Made by a program: the position numbers and the translations under genes. The notes below the pieces were generated by a model. The model was not told the origin of the DNA. It did no database searches and was given only the letters and a program-made list of their open reading frames with translations. Below, one piece after another: positions 13,756 through 25,449 of a stretch of 64,000 nt of DNA. The stretch comes from Octopus sinensis (taxonomy: Eukaryota), in the NCBI RefSeq assembly GCF_006345805.1, contig NC_043003.1, positions 22,568,001 through 22,632,000 of the forward strand, in the 5' to 3' direction. Positions within the stretch are counted from its first letter, which is position 1; every line of letters begins with the position of its first letter.

Positions 13756-14115
13756 ATAATTATAATAATATGGTACTGAAAATTATTACCCAAATATGAA
13801 ATTATATATATATATGTTGTGTCTGTGTGCACACACATGTGTATGGCACTGAGATAGTAAATTTATTATTATGTCCTGAATATGTGTTTTCTCTGTCACT
13901 GGTATCTTCTAACCTATGTGGTAGTTTATATTTTGCTGTAACAGAAAGGAAAAGACAGAGAGAAAGACAGAGGGGCGAGAGTGAGTGCGTGTGAGGGGAA
14001 GAGGAGTGAGTATTTAAAGTAATATAAGAGTATGTTGTAAGGTAGATAGTGTATTGTTAGAAAGATAGATAAATAGAGAGATAGGTAAACAGTTTTTTAT
14101 TTGGCCAGTGATATA

Positions 14116-14155
<40 letters not shown>

Positions 14156-15748
14156 TACAAAAGGAAATGTAAATAAAATCATGTATAAAGAACATAAATA
14201 AAATATTATAAATAGTTGAAATAGAAAATGTATAGTGAAATTGCTGCAGAAATACTCACCTTGTGTTTATATTTTAGTCCAGATTGTGGCAGTTTAAGTG
14301 TGGGTGTTGTTGGATATGTTTAATTTTGGAGGGTGTGATATGGGGAAGGTTATATATTTGGGGATCTATGCAATAATAAAACTAACACAGTGACATATTG
14401 ATATCACTGTTGTTTAATTTTAGGTAAACTTAGATTGAGCAGATCTCTGAATCAGGGTATTCCAACCATGATCAACCCATCTTTTTGTATATCTAGCTCT
14501 ACATTGGCCAATTTACTCTTTCAGTCTTTTTCTGAGTTGAAGGAATCTGGTCTTTTGTTTTTTGGTCCTGGCAAGTTCTAGAAGTTTCCATATTGTTTCA
14601 AAATGATAGTGTTACTGGATGTAGTGACTGATAGTGATATTTGGTGCTGGGCCATGCAAAGCAGGTAAAAAACACAAACCAGACGTGAAGCGTAGATTCC
14701 ATTTTGAACTGTTTGTTAAATATTTTATTTATCAGAGCTAACTACATACAGTTTATGCAATGATTACCAATATATATACATACTTAACAAATGTGTGTAT
14801 ATATATATACATATATACATGTACACACACCACACGTTCACATAAATATATGTATGTAAACATGTACAAATATCTATGTGTGTGTGCATGCATGTGTGCA
14901 TGTGTATGTCTAGGTTCAAGCCATTATCCTTACCTCAGTGTGATACCCAGTCCCTCTGTTCAGGCTTGCTTGGGTGTTCGGCATGGAGTGGATAAAGCTA
15001 AGATTATGAAATGCAGTTGAGATGATAATGATTTATAATATAAGCCATATATCTTGGAGGGATTAAGATCATTGATTAATTAGGATGATTTAGAAATTGA
15101 TTGCTTCTTATTTAATCACGCTCTCATATGTGAACAAAAGGCGAAGTCACCTATAGCGAGATTTGAGACTGAGAATCTAAATTGGCAATGTTAGAATCCC
15201 ATATGGACTATTTACCAATTGGTCTACCAATTCTGCCACTGACCACCGACCAGACTATGAACAACAAAATGGGCTGTTGTGATAACTATAGCATTCAATC
15301 GAAACTTAAGTGGATGTCAGACAATAAAATGCATGGATCAAACAACCATGATGATACGTTGAGAAACCTTTGAATTTAAAAGCCAAACACACAACCAGAT
15401 AGTTTTAAATTTAGCAGCCATACTGCAAAAAAAAAAAAAAGAAGCTGCCCCATCGAAAAAACAAACAAAAGATAAAGCATAACAAAACAACAACATCTCA
15501 AAGGCTTTTCTTGTTTTGCTATACAAAATACAGATGAGACTAGATGGGTTTGTAGTTCAATTGTTGACTTGGATTCCAGTAAAAGGAGATTGTAAACTTT
15601 AAATGTTTTTTTTAATAGTGCGATTGCTAGTGTGGTGAAAGTGTCTCAATCAACATATACTTATTTTTTGTTATTTATATTTTTTCTAACATGTCTTGTT
15701 CACATGTTATTTTTCCCAGTTAAAAGCCGGCGTATGTATATATATATA

Positions 15749-15811
<63 letters not shown>

Positions 15812-15862
15812 ATATATATACACATATATATACATATACATATATATTTATATACATATACA

Positions 15863-15898
<36 letters not shown>

Positions 15899-16388
15899 CA
15901 CACACACATATATGTAACTATATGTGTATATGTATTTGCATACATACATACATAAATACATACACACACACATACACACACATATAGAATAGTCCCAGTG
16001 TGGGGCTGAGGAGACCATAGTTCAAATTAGGACTTAGTGCATGTCAGTATTATGTAGAGTGTGTATGGTTATTTGTAGCAAGGTGTCCTATGTAGAGCAT
16101 GTCTATCTCACAGGTTCACTTCCATGACTGTTTAGAATGACTATATATATGTGTGTGTGAGTGTGTGTGTGTGTGTGTGTGTGAGTGCGTGAGTACGTGT
16201 GTGTGTGTTTGTGTATGTGTGTATTTAAATATGTATTATGTATATATGTATGTATATGTACATACATATATATATATATATGTATATATAAATATCTGTA
16301 TGTATATATATATATACAAGTATGTGGACAAAAAAAAGGAAGTGGCACTCAACTCATTCAGTAAGAGTCACACATATTATTTAGTAAC

Positions 16389-16527
16389 AGTTTGATTCAG
16401 GTCTATGCAAGTCAAAGTTGTGTAGGCTCATAAAACGAACCTATCTTATCAGGCTTGTAGAACTGAATTTATGAACATCGTTTTATGAGCCTACAAAATT
16501 TTAAGTTGCATGGATCCAAATCAAACT
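16389..16527. repeat. Inverted repeat, 50-bp arms
   Basis: 16389-16438 versus 16478-16527; inner 18 bp perfect (TGTAGGCTCATAAAACGA). Confidence 0.8.
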
Positions 16528-16541
16528 CTTTATAAATTTTA

Positions 16542-16613
<72 letters not shown>

Positions 16614-17074
16614 GAGAGATGAGTTTGAAACCACTTTTCTTGCATTACTAGTACATACATAAAATCATCAGTAAATTACTTTTCAAAAGATTCTTTATTT
16701 TTCAAAAACCATTATTTTTTAATTATTCATTTTTATTCTTAAAGATCTTTTCCTGCGGGAAATCATGTTTAATAGAAATTGTTTGATACTTCTTACTTGG
16801 TATATTTTCTTTATATGTTATCAGGCCAAAATAGAAAAAAAAAAAGAAAAAATGCATACATACTGAAAAGTAGAAGCTGTTGACAAGGTTGTAAGGCCTT
16901 TGACAAGGTTTAAGGCCTAACAACAACTGACAGGGTATTAAAATGATGTCATTAAGCAAGAATGTGATATAACAAAGGTGTAAAAATGATGACATTGCCA
17001 ATACTGATTTCTAATATAGACACAAATTTCGAGCAAAAGGGCTGTTTATAAAATCAAGTATTAAATTTTCCCCC

Positions 17075-18298
17075 ATGTTTGCTTATCAGCTCCGGAAGGG
17101 GAAAATGACTTCAGCAAGATTTGAAATCAGAATGTCAATGACTGTAAAAAAAAACAAAAAACAAAAACAAAAAAAAACAACAAAACACACAATGAAAAAT
17201 AACTACAATGAAAACCCATCTCTTACTGATAATGTTTCTCATTTTGGCACAAGACCAGCAGACTTCAGAGGAGGATATTGTGAATATTCTTTTCTACTCT
17301 AGGTAGAAGGCCTAAAGTTTTTGGTGAGGGGGCCAGTCAATTAGATCGATCCCAGTATGCAACTGGTACTTAATTCATTGACCTTGGTGGGACTTGAACT
17401 CAGAATGTTAAGAGCCAGAGGAAATGCTATTAAGCATTTTTTCTGACATGCTAACAAATCTGCCAGCTAGCCACCTTGCTGTCAATGACAATAATTCTTT
17501 CTAATTTTGTCACTGAGCCAGAAAATTTGAGGGGAGGGGCAGTACTTGACTGGCACTTATTTTATCAACCTCAAAAGGATGAAAGGCAAAGCTGACCTTA
17601 ATAGGATTTGAACTCAGAATGAAAAAGCTGGAAGAAATGTTACAAAGCATTTGGCCCAATGTGCTAATGAGTCTGCCAGCTCACTGCCCTGTTTGTCAAT
17701 AGTAATAGTAAATAGTACTTTTATATGGAATTTTTATTGTAAATTATACAAATTAGGCATCAGGTATAATACATATTCATAATGAATTTAACTTGAAAAA
17801 AAAAATTGCCCCCATACCAAAAAAAAAAACACAAAAAAAATACAAAATCACAAGACACTGTGTTACATTTACATAAAAGGTGAAATGAATACATTGTATT
17901 TCTGTTATGTACTTTTATATTTTTTTTTTTCAAAGCTTAATAAAAGATTTACCATTATCCACTGTACTGGAACCATTCTTCCATTTCTTGTCTTTTTTGT
18001 TTTAATTTTGTGTGGTTTTAAAGATGAAGAAGAAAGAAAACTAGCAAAAAAAAAAAAATGAATAATAATACTAATCATAATTGTTTCAAATTTTGGCAAA
18101 GGGCCAGCAATTTTCAGAGGGAGGCATTAGTCAATACCATCACTTCCAGTGAAATTTTTGGAGAAGGGAGTTAGTCAATTGATTATATTGACTATTGTTT
18201 CCAGTGTTCAACTGGCACATAATTTATCAAGCCTGAAAGGATTAAAGGTAGGATTTGAACTCAAAATGTAAAGCTGAAAAACATGCCATTAAGATTTC

Positions 18299-18337
<39 letters not shown>

Positions 18338-19165
18338 TCTACTAAAGGCACAAGGCCTGAAATTTGGGGGCGGGACAGGACTAGTCGATTACATCAACCC
18401 CAGGACACAACAGTACTTAATTTATCAACCCCAAAAGGATGAAAGGCAAAGCTGACCTTAATAGGATTTGAACTCAGAATGAAAAAGCTGGAAGAAATGT
18501 TACAAAGCATTTGGCCCAATGTGCTAATGAGTCTGCCAGCTCACTGCCCTGTTTGTCAATAGTAATAGTAAATAGTACTTTTATATGGAATTTTTATTGT
18601 AAATTATACAAATTAGGCATCAGGTATAATACATATTCATAATGAATTTAACTTGAAAAAAAAAATTGCCCCCATACCAAAAAAAAAAACACAAAAAAAA
18701 TACAAAATCACAAGACACTGTGTTACATTTACATAAAAGGTGAAATGAATACATTGTATTTCTGTTATGTACTTTTATATTTTTTGTTTTTCAAAGCTTA
18801 ATAAAAGATTTACCATTATCCACTGTACTGGAACCATTCTTCCATTTCTTGTCTTTTTTGTTTTAATTTTGTGTGGTTTTAAAGATGAAGAAGAAAGAAA
18901 ACTAGCAAAAAAAAAAAAATGAATAATAATACTAATCATAATTGTTTCAAATTTTGGCAAAGGGCCAGCAATTTTCAGAGGGAGGCATTAGTCAATACCA
19001 TCACTTCCAGTGAAATTTTTGGAGAAGGGAGTTAGTCAATTGATTATATTGACTATTGTTTCCAGTGTTCAACTGGCACATAATTTATCAAGCCTGAAAG
19101 GATTAAAGGTAGGATTTGAACTCAAAATGTAAAGCTGAAAAACATGCCATTAAGATTTCATAATA

Positions 19166-19196
<31 letters not shown>

Positions 19197-19469
19197 TCTA
19201 CTAAAGGCACAAGGCCTGAAATTTGGGGGCGGGACAGGACTAGTCGATTACATCAACCCCAGGACACAACAGGTACTTAATTTATCAACCCCAAAAGGAT
19301 GAAAGGCAAAGTTGACCTCAGTGGAATTTGAACTCAGAATGTAACGACAAGCAAAATACCATTAAGCATTTTGCCTGCCATTCTAACAATTCTGCCAGCT
19401 CACCGCCTTAATAATAATAATCACCATCCGCCTTCCATGCTAATAATAATAATAATAATAATAATAATC

Positions 19470-19521
<52 letters not shown>

Positions 19522-20049
19522 CAATAGTTTCAAATTTTGGCACAAGGCCAGCAATTTCAGTGAGGGGATAAGTGAATTACATTGACCTTGGTGCTCAACT
19601 GGTGCATATTTTATCTACCCTGAAAGGATGAAAGGCAAAGTTGACCTTGGAAGCATTTGAAATCAGAATATAAAGCCAGAAGACAATCCACTAGGTATTT
19701 AATCTGGTGTGCTACCTGATAAGTATCTTGCTGTCTTAAGGTTGAAAGGTAGTGTTGACATTGGCGGATTTTTGAACTCAGAACATAAAGCAAAAAGAGA
19801 TGCTGCTAAGCATTTTGCCTGCATTGATAATAATAATCCTTTCTACTATTGGCACAAGGCCTGAAATTTGGGGGTGGGGCATTAGTTGATTTCATTGACT
19901 CCAGGGCATAACTGGTACTTAAGTTGATCGACCCCTCCAAAAGGCAAAGTTAACCTTGGTGGAATTTGAACTCAGAACGTAGAAGACAGATGAAAAACCG
20001 CTAAGCATTTCATTGGCATGCTAACAATTCATGCCAGCTCGCTGCCTTA
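17075..20049 (-). mobile_element. Head-to-tail cluster of about 11 family A SINE copies and fragments
   Basis: Repeated GGCACAAGGCC...GATGAAAGGCAAAG...TTTGAACTCAGAA units, all in one orientation and separated by (AAT)n. Confidence 0.85.
17572..19291. repeat. Near-identical 860-bp tandem duplication
   Basis: 17561 equals 18421 with offset 859-861 throughout. Differences are a few homopolymer or microsatellite indels and one T/G change. Confidence 0.95.
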
Positions 20050-20070
20050 AGTAATAATAATAATAATAAC

Positions 20071-20120
<50 letters not shown>

Positions 20121-21144
20121 TAATAATAATAATAATAATGATAATAATAATAACAATAATAATAATAACAATAATAATAATAACAATAATAATAATAGTA
20201 AATTAATATTTGATCATTTAAATTCACAAATTTAATGTATTAATTGCTTCATTCAAGTTGCTCATTTATTTTTTTAATTACTAATTACAAATTTGATTCC
20301 ATTTCTTTTGTTTTTGTTTTACAATGAAGAAAATAAACATATTTGATAATTCAAATTCAGAAATTTACAATAATAATTGCTCCATTCTGGGACCAAGAGA
20401 ATGCTGAACATTTTTTTATATTCATTTATTTTTGTCTTTTCTTTCTTTTAATTAAATACATTTCTTTTTCTGTTTTCTTTTTCTTCTGTTTTGGGGGATT
20501 TTGAAAAATAAAGAAAATAAAGATAATAATAGAAATAAATAAAACTAAATTATATTTTCATGATTTTGAATTCATAAATAAATTTTTTCTTATTCTTGAT
20601 GCATTGAGTTTTTTTGTTTTTGTTATTCAGTGAATCAATTCATACATGTTTTCAGAATTTAAGCTTGTATGTTAACTATAACAGATTTTGATTATATACA
20701 TATAAATTTAACAGAAACAACAGAGTGAGTCAAGAGCTGAAAGATTCATGCATTAGCACTTATCAAATTTATATATTTTTACTTATGTATATATATATAT
20801 TACTTTTACTTTTACTGGTTTCAGTCAGAGGCTGTGGCCATGTCGGGCACCACTGTGATGCGATTAAATTTACAGGATGCATGTTTTATGTGTGTGTGCA
20901 TGCATATTTTGTGCATATAATGTATATGTGCATATACATGTATATATGTTTGTATGTGTGTGTATATATATATATATATACATGTATATACATATATATT
21001 TATATATCTATATGTATATATATATGTATGCATATATGCATGTATATATATCTGTATATATGTATATATATGTAGGTCCCGGGTTGAGTCGGGGTTAACC
21101 ACAGTAAATAAGGTACTCAATACATAGCAGAGTAAATTAATTTA

Positions 21145-21276
21145 TTTTATAGAAGGAGCTTCTACAGGACTAGAACTGTTTCATTCAAATGAAATCATCA
21201 GGAATCATCAGGAAGCTTCCTGATGATTTCATTTGAATGAAACAGTTCTAGTCCTGTAGAAGCTCCTTCTATAAAA
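21145..21276. repeat. Perfect 60-bp-arm palindrome with a hammerhead motif in each arm
   Basis: 21145-21204 is the exact reverse complement of 21217-21276; TCATCAGGAA is duplicated at the centre. Confidence 0.95.
21214..21264 (+). ncRNA. Type I minimal hammerhead ribozyme motif (mirror copy on minus strand)
   Basis: Stem I AGCTTC/GAAGCT (6 bp); CTGATGA 21220-26; short stem II TTC/GAA with a U.U base; GAAA 21239-42; stem III ACAG/CTGT around a CTAG-centred loop; GUA triplet 21256-58. Confidence 0.6.
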
Positions 21277-21306
21277 AAAATATATGTATATATATATATA
21301 TCTGTA

Positions 21307-21350
<44 letters not shown>

Positions 21351-21360
21351 TATATATATA

Positions 21361-21440
21361 GGGAGAGTTAACGAAAAAAACAAAAGATGAAGACAGGTGG
21401 TGTACAAAACAAACAGGTGTATTAGTATAACGCTCAGGAA
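21361..21440. repeat. Interspersed repeat fragment (GACAGGTGGTGTA...GTATTAGTATAAYGCTC family)
   Basis: Homologous to 29200-29355. Confidence 0.75.
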
Positions 21441-21920
21441 TATATATGTGTATGCATGTGTAAAAATGTTTTCATCTTTGAATTAAGCACTTCAACTTCA
21501 TTTTTTTTTTGGCTTACAATGATGAAGAGAAAATAAGAATGTCAATAAATTTTGATAATTTGATAATTTAAATTCATAAATATACTATAAAATTGCTTCC
21601 TTTGATCATTTCTCCAGTTTTGCTTTTGTTCATATGTTTATTTACTTGTTCTGGATTTATCACCATTTTTGTTTTATTTTTTTATAATTTTCATTTTATT
21701 TTAGAAATTTCATCAAAAATAGTCAAATGAAAAGAATGAAAGAGGCAAAAAAATAAATTAAAGCAAATATTGTTTAATTTTATGGTGCCAAAAAAATCTG
21801 ATAATTAATTATATATTGATAAAGCCTTAGTAACTTTTTGCACCTCTCTGCCTCCCAATAAAATAAAATAATAAATTGGTAACTGAAATATGTATTTTCT
21901 ACTGTAAGTCTACACCTTCT

Positions 21921-21959
<39 letters not shown>

Positions 21960-22249
21960 TACATGTAATTATACATACATACTTATATATATGTAAGTAT
22001 ATATGCACACATACTCACACACACATGCACATGCATACACACATATATACATTTACATAGGTATGTGTGTGACTCTGTATGTGTGTGAGTGTGCATAATG
22101 AGTTGACCAAGGTTTAAAGATTTTGCCTTTAATAGCATATTGAATAAGCTTTTAAGGGGAAACTTTAAAGTTCCAATCAAAACAATATTATCAGTAAATT
22201 TTCCTCTATCAAATATATAGAGTACCACTATCCGTAAACGTTTTTATGT

Positions 22250-22282
<33 letters not shown>

Positions 22283-22399
22283 TAGCAAAAACAATTAAGA
22301 TCCAAGTGAATTCCAATGAATTCAAATGAATATGGTACTTAAATTAGATGCACCAGAATTCATTTATGGTATTAACCACAAAATAATGTGGGGTGATTA

Positions 22400-22494
22400 T
22401 AACCAAGAAAAAAGCAACAAGAATGGATTAGTAGTTTAGTAGTTTAGTTTTGTACTAAACTACTAATCCATTCTTGTTGCTTTTTTCTTGGTTA
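22400..22494. repeat. Perfect 42-bp-arm palindrome
   Basis: 22400-22441 is the exact reverse complement of 22453-22494; AGTTTAGT is tandemly duplicated at the centre. Confidence 0.95.
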
Positions 22495-22544
22495 CATATA
22501 TATATATGTATATATATGTATGTATATATATATATATATATACA

Positions 22545-22734
22545 ATCAGAAAATGGAGAAAACTATAGATCAACAAGTACAGTTGGTCTGCATTTATAGC
22601 TTATTATTTAATGAAAAACATGGCATAACATTTATATGACATAAATGTTATGCCATGTTTTGTATTAAATAATATGTTATAAATGTGGTCCAATTGATGT
22701 GCTTGTTGATCTGTGGTTTTCTCTATTTTCTGAT
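22545..22734. repeat. Diverged fold-back, about 90-bp arms
   Basis: ATCAGAAAAT...CATGGCATAACATTTAT versus ATAAATGTTATGCCATG...ATTTTCTGAT, with a 5-nt spacer. Confidence 0.85.
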
Positions 22735-22970
22735 AATTTATATTTGTTTCCTGATAAACTTTTGTTTATTCTGTTGTGACCGGTACGCTACGAGCATGAT
22801 GTGCCAGCATACCCATGCCCTGAGATAACATGGGTAACAGATACCGATAGTATATATGGTTGTTTTATCCCTTAGTCAGTTATTATAACTGCTAACTCTG
22901 CTTACATATACATACATACATACATACATACATACATACATACACACACATACATACATACATACATACA

Positions 22971-23056
<86 letters not shown>

Positions 23057-23061
23057 TTGTA

Positions 23062-23111
<50 letters not shown>

Positions 23112-23644
23112 CATATATATATACAGACACATGCACACATGCACACACACACACGCGTGTGTGTGTGTATACGTTCAGAGACCCATTCAATCTTACATCT
23201 TTTCTTATACATATCACACAATATGAAATAAAACAACATGAAATAGAAAATATTTATTAAAAAAAACTGTTGTAAAACACTAAGTGGAAATGTAGAAAAA
23301 TATATGGGACAATGGTAAATGACCTAAGTAGGGGAAAAATAGAAGGGTACAGCTAAATTAAATGGAGGATATAAAAAAAGAGGGTAACTACCGGAGAATA
23401 GAATAATAAAGTAGCAAATGTAAGGGTTATTATTTGCCAGTACATTTGATTTAAAACTACATAAAATGTATTCTTTGATCAATCCTAGCTTAATTATTCA
23501 ATTTGTTAATTAATTTATTATTAAATTGCCAAAGGATGTGAAAAAAAATATTTGGAAAAGAGGAAGGAATATAAAATCATTAAAAAAAAATTTTGCTTGA
23601 ATAACTGAGAATTTCAATAGGCTTAATTTATTCTCTTTTTCCTA

Positions 23645-23860
23645 ATTCAACACACACACACGCACATTCTTGTTTGCACCCCCCTCACATGCTCGCTTGC
23701 ACACACACACACACACACACACATGCTTGCCTGCACACATATACACACACAGACACCCACAGATACACACACATGCACACACACACATTCTTGCTTGCAC
23801 ACACACATACATGGTCGCTTGCACACACACACACATGCACACACACACACACACACACAA
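23645..23860. repeat. (CA)n-rich tract with recurring GCTTGCAC unit
   Basis: Direct reading; it explains the HTHT/CVCV ORFs. Confidence 0.9.
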
Positions 23861-25331
23861 GTAAGCAAATCAACATGGATGGCTCTAATTCATCATTTGA
23901 CCTTCTAGAAACCACAACCAGATCTTTATCAATATACATCATGCCATTTTAAACAAGGCATAGGACATATTTTATAACGTACTCCTTGTATACTATATTA
24001 CATCTACAAAAAAACGATTAGATAATCATGATGAAACACTTTTGATCATAGATCAGCTCAATCTAAGTTGATTTGGGCCAAGAAACATCCCCCACCATCA
24101 CCAACAACAACAACAAAATACCAAATAACTTATCATTAATCCCCTTCTATGCCGTCACATCTTCAAACATAATACCATTATTTAAGAAACCTTTACTGCT
24201 TGTGTAGTATCTTTAATATCCAGAGATGTACAGCCTACAAAGACACACATCCACATAGATATATACATATACATACATACATACATACATACATACATAC
24301 ATACATGCATATATCTATATATCTATATATCTATATATCTATATATATATATGTATATGCAACAAGCTTCTTTCAGTTTCCATCTACCAAATCCACTCAT
24401 AAGGCTTTGGTTGGCCTGAGACTATGGTGGAAGACACTTGTTCAAGGTGCCATGCAGTGGGACTGAAATCAGAACCATGTAGCTAGAACACAAGCTTCTT
24501 ACCATACAACCATGCCTGTGGCTATATTTGTCTTAATATAAGGTGTTTCAGTGGAACTGCGGTATGTTGACATGCAAGTTGATAATCCTTTATATGTTTT
24601 GTTCTGGACCATATGAATATAAGAGCGTTTATAGAATTGTTTGATAATCTTAATTACTGTGAGGTATTTTATAACATATCACATGATTGTGTGATTAACT
24701 ATCAGATGTTATACAGCGCTAGTCACAATGCTCTGTTTTTTTTTGCATCGTTTTTAGCTTTTGAATGATGTCACCCTGCAAGCCAGGCAAGGAGGCCAAC
24801 GTTACACTGGAATGGATGGCTAGTCTGTCACACAGTTACTCCTTTACAGCTAAATGGACAGGACATATAGAAAAGTCTAATTGCAATATTGAATATATGA
24901 GAATTTGAAATTGCCATTATGTAGTATGTGTTGGTTTGATAATTTTAATTGCAGTAACATTTTGATAAGAGTGATCATTTCTGTAACTAACCTACCCTTC
25001 TTTGATACAAACTTCCAGTTTTAAAATTAGCCAAATTAAAACCTTTCATTAGCCTATTTTAATCCGCTGTCCTTATTTGGTTTGTTTACTGCAATAAAGG
25101 TTAACTGGGTGCTTCAGTATGTTTGTTATCCCTATATAACTCGCTTCAAAATTTTGACAGGGTTAACTTGGGCTAAAAAAATGGGTTAATATTTCCTGTT
25201 AAATCATGTTCAAAACATAATAATTCTTTGTAATTATTTCTAATTTTGGCATCAATCCAGAAATATTGAAGGATGGGTCAAGTTGATTACATGGACCCCA
25301 GTATTTGACTGGTACATTATTTTATGAAAGG

Positions 25332-25449
25332 CTGTTATGTTGCACATTTGGATGCCTTCTCTACTACTCATCATGACATCTAGGCTTCTCCCTCTATATC
25401 TACCTATTGGGCTAGCCTACTTCATCGTCTGGGGGCGTCCACACAACAA
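25332..25449. mobile_element. Half-copy (one arm) of the 32657 hairpin element, inside a family A SINE
   Basis: Nearly identical to 32793-32910 over the last about 65 bp; SINE A sequence lies on both sides (about 25245-25331 and 25450-25552). Confidence 0.85.

Noticed and set aside
17075-20049. CRISPR-like or integron-like array of repeated units
   Set aside because: The units are about 200-bp diverged SINE copies with microsatellite spacers in eukaryotic DNA; no constant short repeat with unique spacers and no cas genes.
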